DNA of 64,000 nucleotides from a virus: IMG/VR virus record IMGVR_UViG_3300032516_000013, positions 1 to 64,000 of that record; one strand, 5' to 3'. Shown piece by piece: positions 37,422 to 45,644 of this stretch (position 1 is its first letter; each line of letters starts with the position of its first letter). The notes under the pieces were generated by a model. It saw only the letters and a program-made list of their open reading frames with translations, ran no database searches and was not told where the DNA came from. The position numbers and the translations under genes were made by a program.

Positions 37422-38318
37422 CTATTGTTTCGCTGCTAATTGCTCTAATAATTTTGGGATATTTTCCAAAATATCAGAAGATGAGACACAAAAACCTAAT
37501 GTCCCATTGGGGTAAATAAGTGAAACTAATCCATAACATTTTCCATTTAAACCAAAAATAGGACCACCAGAATTTCCCAGATTAACAGAAGTATCAACCT
37601 GTATAAAAATCTGACTCCCTCCTAAAAACTTTCCTATTCTGCTAACTACTCCAGTTGAAATACTATTTGTTAATCCTCCTGGATTCCCAATCATTAATAA
37701 ACTTCGTCCGATTCTTAAATCTCTTATATCTCCGAACTGAACAGGAGTTAACTCTAAACAATCAGGAATATCAATCTTTAAAATTCCTAAATCGATTGAA
37801 GAAACAAGTGATTCTGGATTAGAAATATCAAAAGGAATATTAATAAAATTCCGTATTTCAAAAATTTCTCCAGAATATATCTGAACAGTTGCCTTAACAT
37901 CCCAATATGTGTTAGGGTCAGATAAAAAACCTTTCAAAGAATCAACAACATGAGAAGCTGTTAAAATATTTCCTTCCTTATCTAAAACCATTCCAGAAGC
38001 ATTAACATACGTTAGAACTTCTTTTCCTGTCATTGGATGACGGGTTTTTGCTATTACATTCACACAAACAACTGTTGGATTAAGTCTTTCTACTAAATTC
38101 GGAATTTGTTCTTCACAAATATTATCTTGAATATTTCCCAACAATTTCTTATACAGCATGCAATCTCTCTCAACTAATTGTTCTACTAGCTGAGTAGTTC
38201 GACCTTGGGTGTATAAAATATCTAACTTCCTTGTTCGCATTTGATAGTTCAAAAAGCTTATATTAACAACAGCAACCAACAAAATCGAAACAATTGATAT
38301 TTGAATCCATCTCTTCAT
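37422..38318 (-). CDS. Membrane-anchored trypsin-like (HtrA-type, no PDZ) serine protease
   Basis: N-terminal TM helix; LTASHVV, DLGILKI, IGNPGGL and GNSGGP motifs. Confidence 0.88.
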   Translation of the reverse strand: MKRWIQISIVSILLVAVVNISFLNYQMRTRKLDILYTQGRTTQLVEQLVERDCMLYKKLLGNIQDNICEEQIPNLVERLNPTVVCVNVIAKTRHPMTGKEVLTYVNASGMVLDKEGNILTASHVVDSLKGFLSDPNTYWDVKATVQIYSGEIFEIRNFINIPFDISNPESLVSSIDLGILKIDIPDCLELTPVQFGDIRDLRIGRSLLMIGNPGGLTNSISTGVVSRIGKFLGGSQIFIQVDTSVNLGNSGGPIFGLNGKCYGLVSLIYPNGTLGFCVSSSDILENIPKLLEQLAAKQ

Positions 38319-38328
38319 GATAATCTCC

Positions 38329-38688
38329 TTATTCTTTAGGAATATTTACCGGAATACCAGTTTCTTTTCCTTCTAAAATCCTGTCAATTTGTCCAAAAAT
38401 CATGGAGGAAGCAATAAATTTTCCGACTACTACCTTCACCAAAACTATTTCCTCTGTAATTAATTCAACTTCTTGTCCAGCTTCTACACCAAGAAGTCTT
38501 ATTGCTAATCCATATCTCTTCATCTTTTCTTCTGCTGTCAGATTTCGCTCATCCGGATATGATGTACCTAAAGCAGATACCAACACAAATCCAAGATTAG
38601 CAGGATTTCTACTCGGCACTCCGAAAGATGTCTGAGGAAGCACATTGCCTTGAAAGTCACAAATAGGTTGCTGTAAATTAATCTTCAT
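38329..38688 (-). CDS. Hypothetical protein
   Basis: Clean ORF with an SD-like sequence. Confidence 0.6.
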   Translation of the reverse strand: MKINLQQPICDFQGNVLPQTSFGVPSRNPANLGFVLVSALGTSYPDERNLTAEEKMKRYGLAIRLLGVEAGQEVELITEEIVLVKVVVGKFIASSMIFGQIDRILEGKETGIPVNIPKE

Positions 38689-38709
38689 CTTCTTTCCCTT
38701 TCAAAATAG

Positions 38710-38931
38710 TTATGTTTTTAATTGATTTATTTCCGATTCATACGCATCAATCTTTGCATATATATTTGATTTAGATTGTCCTTTAGGCATTGTTTTTGCC
38801 AAGTTTTCCAAATCCTTTATTCTCTTCTGCAAATCTTCTATTTTGTCCATAGTGAACATTTTCTTAAGTTTGGGATCCGATATGGTTGAGACATCTTCTT
38901 TAATTATGTGCTCAAATAGTTCTTCAAACAT
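38710..38931 (-). CDS. Small putative internal head protein
   Basis: Begins MFEELFEHIIKE; coiled coil. Confidence 0.55.
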   Translation of the reverse strand: MFEELFEHIIKEDVSTISDPKLKKMFTMDKIEDLQKRIKDLENLAKTMPKGQSKSNIYAKIDAYESEINQLKT

Positions 38932-38932
38932 A

Positions 38933-41302
38933 TCATCTCCCTAAAGACTTCTCCCAGTAAGCACCATCTTTAGTTTCTTCTGCTCTTTTGAAACCCATTT
39001 TCTCTAACATAGATTGGGATGCTATATTAAAAGATTCTACATATCCTCTTGCCTTAGTGACCCCATATTTTTCAATAGCATATTTTATTCCAAACTCCAA
39101 TAATTCTGGACCATACCCGCTACCTTTTATCCGAGCATCTAATCTAGTCAAATATACTAATTTATCTTTACTATTTATGTCGAGGGTGGCTTCTACTACT
39201 AAATCATCACTTATATCAAGCCAAGTTTTGGTTTCTTTATTTAGCCGTCCATCAAAAAAAATTCTGACCTTCTTATCCGTAATTGTGATATCTAATCGTC
39301 TGGTTTTATATTCTCTCTTGTCTTCCTGAGTCTCTTCTCCAATTATATATTCAAATAGTTCTTCTTTAACTTTCTTGGTCTCTTTTGATTCTCTGATTTC
39401 TAATTTGGAACCACACTTTGGACAAGTCATAGTTTTAAGAACTTCTGGCTTTGTTTCCTTTACAGTTTTTCTATAACTACGCCAAGGACATTCCTTGCTC
39501 GTACAAACTAACTCAGTCCAATCTCTCCAATATCCTCTAGCTTCTACAGCTTTTGTAATTTTGGATTTATGCATTACTCTTTTATCAAAACCAGCATTAC
39601 CAAGTTCATCCAAATCATAATATGTCTTACCTTCATCAGTTGAGAAGCAAGTAGGACATCTCTTAGATTGCCAATCAGGTTTATGATCCGGAGATCTCGC
39701 ATCATTAACATCCATCCACTCTTCTGGATTATCTGTAAGTTCTGTTAAAGGTTTATACTCTGCCAATTTGTTAAATATGGAAGTTGTTAATCCCGCGGAG
39801 AATCCGGAATGTCCTTGATCAGCAAACTTCTGGATAAGATCCATTACTGCTTCACCAATCATTCCATCGTAGTCAGAATCTTTATCAAATAGTCCTGCTA
39901 ATTGAAGTTCCTTCTTTGCAAAGTCAGTTAGAGATTCATTTATTGATTCCCAAGCTTCTGCTTCTTTTTTACCATAACCATAAGTAAGAATATATTCTAA
40001 TTGATCTATATTTTTTATACTTATTGGAGAACTACTATCAAAGTCTTCTCTATCTAGATCTAGAAACATCTTTTCAATTCCTGAACCATATTCTTTATAC
40101 AGACGAAGAAAAGATTCTATTTGTTTCTGTGTAGGTTTGTTATTTCCTCCAGTTATCCCTATTTCTTTTGCATGCGGGGAAAAGTAACCAGCTATTGCTC
40201 CAGCAAAGTACATATCACTTGGAGCAATATCAATTTTGTTAATAGTAACCAAATAAGCATAGAAAACTGGAATAACTGTTCCATCAGTAAGTAACCAAAA
40301 CTTTAGTTCTCCTCTTTCTTTACCTGAGTAAGTACATGGAACTAACTTTTGACTTTTTCCTTTATAATAGTTCTTTAGCTTTGTTTGAACTTTACCAAGT
40401 GGTAAGAATGCTTCTTGAATGGATTCCCCCATCTTCTTATATTTAGCAATATAGCTCTTTGTCTCTTCAGGAAGTTTAGATCCACCAACACCATTATTCC
40501 CCTTTAGATTACCAACACCCCAATTATAGGCAGCTAATCGATTCTCAAGATTATCCTCAAGATTATAATGCTTTAATAATCGAGGGATTTCTATGTTTAA
40601 ATAATAAGAACCAACCTTCCTATTCTTGTTGGAATCGAATGCTTCTTCCCAAGACCATTGGACATTCATCTTGCGAGTCATCTCTTCCCAAGTAGGTTTT
40701 GTTATCTGAAGAAGACCTCTTGCTCCAGATCTTTTGTTCTCGGCCTTTGGATTATTTGAAGATTCGATTGATGCTATTTTAGATATGTTGATTTGAGGAG
40801 AAGCTTTTGGAGATACAATAGTAAACTTAGGAGTTACTTCTTGTCGAGAAGGGGCAGAGATAGTAGGTGGTTCGCTTTTGTCTTTAGGAACGCTTGTCTG
40901 CATACCTCCTAGGCCTATCAAACTGGCTGCTGCAGTTGTAACTAATGTTTTGCCTAGACCTTCCTCTAATTTGTTTACTCTATCTCTAAATTCTTCCCAA
41001 TGACCAGTAGAACTATAAGATTCAAAATATTCTATATCCCCATCAGGATGAATCCAACCACCTTTATAAGATAATTGTTCATTCAATAATTCATTCTTCT
41101 TCGCCTGGATCTTCATTACAACATTACGAAATGCTTCTGAACTTTCCTTGCACATATCATCAGAAGTGTCAATATTATCTAAGATTTGATAGAGAGCCTT
41201 AGCAACTTGCTCCCAGGTCATATCCTTGCTCTCTTTAAGAGAAATGAGTTTACCTAGAATCATTTGATCTGTGAAAAAAGAATTGGCTTCGATAAAATCC
41301 AT
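38933..41302 (-). CDS. Polyprotein: lytic transglycosylase (SLT) + KFWLLTDG module + unknown module + Zn ribbon + GNAT acetyltransferase
   Basis: SLT motifs IESS, GARGLLQI, LAAYNWG, P.ET..Y. GNAT motifs KGSGYG and N.AS..MLEKMGF. Linkers ESIQE, ESINE, ESKE. Confidence 0.8.
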   Translation of the reverse strand: MDFIEANSFFTDQMILGKLISLKESKDMTWEQVAKALYQILDNIDTSDDMCKESSEAFRNVVMKIQAKKNELLNEQLSYKGGWIHPDGDIEYFESYSSTGHWEEFRDRVNKLEEGLGKTLVTTAAASLIGLGGMQTSVPKDKSEPPTISAPSRQEVTPKFTIVSPKASPQINISKIASIESSNNPKAENKRSGARGLLQITKPTWEEMTRKMNVQWSWEEAFDSNKNRKVGSYYLNIEIPRLLKHYNLEDNLENRLAAYNWGVGNLKGNNGVGGSKLPEETKSYIAKYKKMGESIQEAFLPLGKVQTKLKNYYKGKSQKLVPCTYSGKERGELKFWLLTDGTVIPVFYAYLVTINKIDIAPSDMYFAGAIAGYFSPHAKEIGITGGNNKPTQKQIESFLRLYKEYGSGIEKMFLDLDREDFDSSSPISIKNIDQLEYILTYGYGKKEAEAWESINESLTDFAKKELQLAGLFDKDSDYDGMIGEAVMDLIQKFADQGHSGFSAGLTTSIFNKLAEYKPLTELTDNPEEWMDVNDARSPDHKPDWQSKRCPTCFSTDEGKTYYDLDELGNAGFDKRVMHKSKITKAVEARGYWRDWTELVCTSKECPWRSYRKTVKETKPEVLKTMTCPKCGSKLEIRESKETKKVKEELFEYIIGEETQEDKREYKTRRLDITITDKKVRIFFDGRLNKETKTWLDISDDLVVEATLDINSKDKLVYLTRLDARIKGSGYGPELLEFGIKYAIEKYGVTKARGYVESFNIASQSMLEKMGFKRAEETKDGAYWEKSLGR

Positions 41303-41314
41303 TTATTTATTTCC

Positions 41315-41581
41315 TTAAACTATTTCCTCTGCTCTTACAGGGGTCAGATACACTTCCATATTATTAGGAAACACTTCTACTATTCCAGTAACAATATCTA
41401 CTACATAAACAACATCATCTCTTAATATAGGAGGCTGTTCTGGAGTAGCATTTTTAAACATATCCGTCTTTGTTAAATCAATAACTAGGAAGCATTGCAT
41501 TTTCTCTATAAGTCGAAAGGTTTCTCCAACTTTAACTTCTCCAACCTTTAGCTTTTTTCTTAATTTCAAAACTGTTTCCAT
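41315..41581 (-). CDS. Hypothetical protein
   Basis: Clean ORF with an AAGGA SD. Confidence 0.55.
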   Translation of the reverse strand: METVLKLRKKLKVGEVKVGETFRLIEKMQCFLVIDLTKTDMFKNATPEQPPILRDDVVYVVDIVTGIVEVFPNNMEVYLTPVRAEEIV

Positions 41582-41582
41582 A

Positions 41583-41741
41583 TTATTCCTTTAAATAGGA
41601 TTTGGCTAAAATAAAACTCATAGTTGCTAGAAGACCAAAGAAAATAGCTCCTATAACATCTTGTTTGATTTCTAATCCATACAATGCAAAAATCAAAAGT
41701 TCTATTCCTAAAACAGAATATGCAACAGAATAGGAATTCAT
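41583..41741 (-). CDS. Small two-TM membrane protein (not in ORF track)
   Basis: MNSYSVAYSVLGIELLIFALYG...GAIFFGLLATMSFILAKSYLKE. Confidence 0.45.
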   Translation of the reverse strand: MNSYSVAYSVLGIELLIFALYGLEIKQDVIGAIFFGLLATMSFILAKSYLKE

Positions 41742-41780
41742 ATATTTCTCTAAAATATATTAAGAAAGAGTGCTTATTAC

Positions 41781-41790
41781 TAAATAAATG
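41781..41790 (-). promoter_or_regulatory. Candidate late-promoter element CATTTATTTA (copy 2)
   Basis: Repeated intergenic 10-mer. Confidence 0.35.
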
Positions 41791-41841
41791 GGTAGAAGAA
41801 GAATATTTTGTAAATTAAAAAGCCTCTCCAAGATATCATCC

Positions 41842-42213
41842 TTAGTGTTGGAGAGGCGGTAAAACATCCTTCTTCATCGAGAGTTTCTTTTCTATCTGCC
41901 CAAGCATATACAAAATCCTATATGCAAAACTCTTAGCAATATCTGGCTTCAACATTACCATATCCAACCAAGGATGTCCGGTCTTTAAGACACTCCAAGC
42001 ACATCTAATTCTCCTAGGCCAAGATAGTTTTCCATTACCATAAGGACCAAATCCCCAGAAGCTAATGCTAATTCCATAATAGTTAAATTCATCTTCCATC
42101 TTTCCATCTCTGGAGACAACTACTTCAGAATCATCATTTGCTAGGAATTCAGAATAGACAACGAGTCCCTCAGACAGGCAATCACATTCAAACAATGGCT
42201 TGGAATTTTTCAT
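41842..42213 (-). CDS. Hypothetical protein
   Basis: F.C.C..E.L...W..RIR.AW.VL..G pattern common in phage small proteins. Confidence 0.6.
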   Translation of the reverse strand: MKNSKPLFECDCLSEGLVVYSEFLANDDSEVVVSRDGKMEDEFNYYGISISFWGFGPYGNGKLSWPRRIRCAWSVLKTGHPWLDMVMLKPDIAKSFAYRILYMLGQIEKKLSMKKDVLPPLQH

Positions 42214-42901
42214 TCATTAATTCCTTAAACATTTCTTCCCAATATTCTCTACTATAGTTAGTTTTTATGTGGCAAGACAAACATAAAGTAATTAAATTAT
42301 TTTCATCAAGATTCTCTTTATCATAATCAATGTGATGGACACAAAGATTTCTTTCTTCTTGTTCTTTTGTTTTTCCACAATTTTGACAAGTTTGATAATC
42401 TCTATTTCTTATATACTCTCTTAATTGTTCAGTCCAATTTTCAGGATAGGGATTAAAAGAGATTCCTCCCTGCCAATTATAGCTATTTTCTCCTCTCAAT
42501 TCTCCTCTCAAAGCTCTACAGGCAACACACAAACAATCTTCACGATGAAATTCTAGAGGAGTACAAAAAGTACAACCACAATCTGGTTTATGTAAATTTC
42601 CTTCTCTATCTTGATTAGAACATTTTCGAGAGCAATATTCATTATCCCAAGATCTTAGGACTTCAAATTCTTTATTACAATCATTATTTTTACAAATTCT
42701 AATTTCTCTTCTTTTATTGGCTTCGGCCCATCTTTGAACGTTTTCTGGAACATGCATAGGATGATTTACATGGACATTATGTCCATTTACAAACCGTTTG
42801 TTTCTTTTACCTTTAATTATTTCAGTTTTAAATTGTTCTCCACAACCGCATTCACAATAAGCTGTTATATAAGAATGAATTGGAGGATAATCCCATCTCA
42901 T
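42188..42901 (-). CDS. HNH endonuclease with Cys-rich N-terminus
   Basis: CECGCG...RFVNGHN; RDYQTCQNCG; VHHIDYDK.N....NLITLCLSCH. Confidence 0.85.
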   Translation of the reverse strand: MRWDYPPIHSYITAYCECGCGEQFKTEIIKGKRNKRFVNGHNVHVNHPMHVPENVQRWAEANKRREIRICKNNDCNKEFEVLRSWDNEYCSRKCSNQDREGNLHKPDCGCTFCTPLEFHREDCLCVACRALRGELRGENSYNWQGGISFNPYPENWTEQLREYIRNRDYQTCQNCGKTKEQEERNLCVHHIDYDKENLDENNLITLCLSCHIKTNYSREYWEEMFKELMNEKFQAIV

Positions 42902-43214
42902 TTAATTATCCCATTTAATTAATGCTGCAAAAATAATACATTGATCAACGACTTCCTGAAGTCTTTCTACCTTTTTCTTAATACCTGGATCAAAAGATTC
43001 AATTGGATCAATTAAATCTAACTCTTTATCTGGTTTGTCTCTCATTTTGTTTCCCAGTTGCTCTCTTTATATCTTCGCTAATGCCTGGAAACAAATCCTC
43101 AAAAATTGATATTAGACTAAAATTATGCCCACAAACACAAAACTCCTGTTTAAAAGAACAAGGGCATCTACATTTAGGACATATTTTAAATTCAGACATT
43201 ATTTATTCTCCTAA

Positions 43215-43288
43215 TCTGGGCAGCAGGATTCGAACCTGCGACTACCTGGTCCCAGGCCAGGTGGCATACCAGACTTGCCCATACCCAG
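43215..43288 (-). tRNA. tRNA-Pro (TGG), CCA not encoded, C at position 33
   Basis: Cloverleaf: acceptor CTGGGTA/TGCCCAG, D stem GGCA/TGCC, anticodon stem CCTGG/CCAGG with loop CCTGGGA, T arm GCAGG-TTCGAAT-CCTGC. Confidence 0.92.
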
Positions 43289-43636
43289 AACTACTTACCA
43301 TTCCCCAATCTCCAAATTAAATAAACCACACCTACTGTATCTACAACTAACTTTAAAATCAACCAAATCAATAAATAGAAATCACATCCTCTTAACATCC
43401 CTGCATCTCCCCCCCTTAATTCTCCGAAGACTTCGTAAGACGAGCAATCAAATTCTTAATTGCAGGCCCAAACAAAACACCAAGGGCAAACACCAATGCA
43501 TGAGTTACTAGTACCATAATGATTCTCCTAAAAAATGTTAATACTGTTGTTTAGAACTCAAAACCTAGATTTTTTGCTGCCACAATTTCTATCTCTGTAA
43601 GATATCTTTGTATTTATTTTCCAAACTTCTTCATAA

Positions 43637-44404
43637 TTAAATTATACTCACTTCATTTATGACTTTATAATCTAATCCGTTTCTCAACTGCACAACATCC
43701 TTTGTAACTGCAATAAATGTAGGATCAGTATCACCAACCCAAGTTCCACAGTTAGCATAGATTCTTCGAGTAGTGGGTTTATAATCATAATTTTCATTTA
43801 CATCAATAATCTCACAAACTTCAGCTTGATGATTATGCCCAAATATAGAAATCTGATTCAAGTTATTTAGTTTAAGATTCTCCATATCCTTTATATTTCG
43901 AACCTTATTCTGCAGCAGAGCAGCATCAACTTTAAAATTACCAAATTTAGGCCGCATCTTCTTCAGCCAAACATCTACATCTGGATGAATCCATCTCCCC
44001 ATTTCTGCTACAGACAATGTAACCCAATAACCAACAGGCCATTTGATGCTTCTAAGAGGGTTCTTAAACTTATTCCATTTATCGAACTGATGCCCATGCA
44101 TAGCTGTAATATTTCCACTTTGATATTTCTCAGGAGTCAATTTAGCAAATGGAAGATAATCATGATTGCCAAATAGATATGTAATCTTCCTACTTCTCTT
44201 AGACAACTCATTCACAACATCATCATGAGCCCAAAATATCTTATCTAAATGAGCCTGCCAAAGTTCATAGAGATCGCCTACAATGATTATCTCACTTGCT
44301 CTGTTATCTGTCCACTCGAGGAAAGATATAAGTTCTTTGTCTCTATGGAAATCATCAGACTTAGAACCGTCTCCAAGATGGATATCACTTATGAATATCT
44401 TCAT
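43637..44404 (-). CDS. Metallophosphoesterase (LpxH-like calcineurin family)
   Basis: SDIHLG, VGDLYE, GNHD, HGHQFD, FGHNH and NCGTW motifs. Confidence 0.88.
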   Translation of the reverse strand: MKIFISDIHLGDGSKSDDFHRDKELISFLEWTDNRASEIIIVGDLYELWQAHLDKIFWAHDDVVNELSKRSRKITYLFGNHDYLPFAKLTPEKYQSGNITAMHGHQFDKWNKFKNPLRSIKWPVGYWVTLSVAEMGRWIHPDVDVWLKKMRPKFGNFKVDAALLQNKVRNIKDMENLKLNNLNQISIFGHNHQAEVCEIIDVNENYDYKPTTRRIYANCGTWVGDTDPTFIAVTKDVVQLRNGLDYKVINEVSII

Positions 44405-44529
44405 TCCTATCCTTTCTTCTGGCTCTTCAGCCATGTTTGAAACACATGATTTCTAATCCTTAGTTAAGAAATACAATCCCACAACAAGAAGAAACAATCC
44501 TTCCACCATACATTGTAAAGTTATCATAA

Positions 44530-44754
44530 TTAAACCTCCCTAACATTATTATAAAATTCATCATCTGACCAAAAACCAAGAATCTTAGGAGACATCCTTC
44601 TTAATTTGCCTGTATTTACTTCTTCCATAAACTCTCGAGCTTTTACTTCATCCTTAAACACATACAAGATTCTCCAAGGCATGGTATTTGAACATGACTG
44701 ACCACAAGCCCCAGATGGACCTTTATCCTCATAAGCTACATAATAAGTTGACAT
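44530..44754 (-). CDS. Hypothetical protein
   Basis: ORF track; same-strand packing. Confidence 0.5.
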   Translation of the reverse strand: MSTYYVAYEDKGPSGACGQSCSNTMPWRILYVFKDEVKAREFMEEVNTGKLRRMSPKILGFWSDDEFYNNVREV

Positions 44755-44776
44755 TAATCACTTCCCCAAATTGATC

Positions 44777-45358
44777 CTAGTACACACAACCACAATCAGC
44801 ACATGTATTAGAACTACCCATTACTAGTCTACTACTTGGATTACCACAAACACAAATATATTGTTTCTTATCTCGAATATTTTTATCAATATATCCGGCT
44901 GTTTCTCTCTGAATATCGCTCTCTTCTATTTCAACAAAAGAAACTTCTATTACCACTGTATCTTCAAGAGCTTGGAACTGATGCTTCACACCAGCCCAAA
45001 CAGTATAATTCTTTCCTGGAGACAAAAGATCACTACAATCTTCTGCTTCAATATTCAACAATCCAGAAATAACATGGAAAGTATTGTGCTTCATTCTATG
45101 AGTATGCAAAGAGCTTGTTCCACCCTTCTTTATACGAAGAACATTTACACTACAGAGATCATTGGAATGGATTACTCGATTTGTTCCCCAAACCTTAGGA
45201 GTGTCTGTTGCTTTCTTACATCCTTCCGAGCAACTTCTGGAATCCAAATCAAAATCACATTTAGTTGCATCACATTTATCCTCCTCCCCTTCAAAATACA
45301 TCGTAAGAGGACAAATAGGTTGAGGAATGTTTTGCATTGATTCTTCTTTATTTGTCAT
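44777..45358 (-). CDS. Cupin-domain protein with Cys-rich termini
   Basis: KVWG, SLHTH..K..TF.V.SG, HQF.ALED....EVS. Confidence 0.75.
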   Translation of the reverse strand: MTNKEESMQNIPQPICPLTMYFEGEEDKCDATKCDFDLDSRSCSEGCKKATDTPKVWGTNRVIHSNDLCSVNVLRIKKGGTSSLHTHRMKHNTFHVISGLLNIEAEDCSDLLSPGKNYTVWAGVKHQFQALEDTVVIEVSFVEIEESDIQRETAGYIDKNIRDKKQYICVCGNPSSRLVMGSSNTCADCGCVY

Positions 45359-45361
45359 TTT

Positions 45362-45544
45362 TCACCTCAGTTTCTCCTCAAGATATAAATTTACTAATTT
45401 GCTTGTTAATCTAATACACCAACCTTCAGGAAATTTCATATCTTTCGGGATAAAATCTTTAGGCCAAAAACCTTCCTGAAACATTTCCTGAAATGCTTTC
45501 AAATGCTCAATATTTGTTGGATCAAACCATTCAATAATTGTCAT
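45362..45544 (-). CDS. Hypothetical protein
   Basis: FDPTN.EHL.A....G.WP motif. Confidence 0.55.
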   Translation of the reverse strand: MTIIEWFDPTNIEHLKAFQEMFQEGFWPKDFIPKDMKFPEGWCIRLTSKLVNLYLEEKLR

Positions 45545-45567
45545 AATTTCACCATTTCTATTATACT

Positions 45568-45604
45568 AAAAAATAAGGGAAGCTGAAAGATAATTCAACT
45601 TCCC
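45568..45604 (-). terminator. Intrinsic terminator after portal gene
   Basis: Minus strand GGGAAGTTGAA-TTATCT-TTCAGCTTCCC-TTATTTTTT. Confidence 0.75.
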
Positions 45605-45644
45605 ACTCCTTTAATTCCTTGGTTATCCCTAATTATTTTTAAGC

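Noticed and set aside
41293-41312. AATAAATAAATG before the 789 aa gene resembling the late motif
   Set aside because: It is in the opposite orientation to the other three copies and is simply the AT-rich spacer plus ATG.
33870-42901. GIY-YIG and HNH endonucleases as a novel system
   Set aside because: Free-standing homing endonucleases are routine in T4-like phages, and no flanking intron structure was evident.
43320-43420. CsrB-like CAGGGATG/AGAGGATG motifs upstream of the tRNA
   Set aside because: Only two or three sites, overlapping a plausible small membrane-peptide ORF (MLRGCDFYLLIW...); too weak to call an ncRNA.
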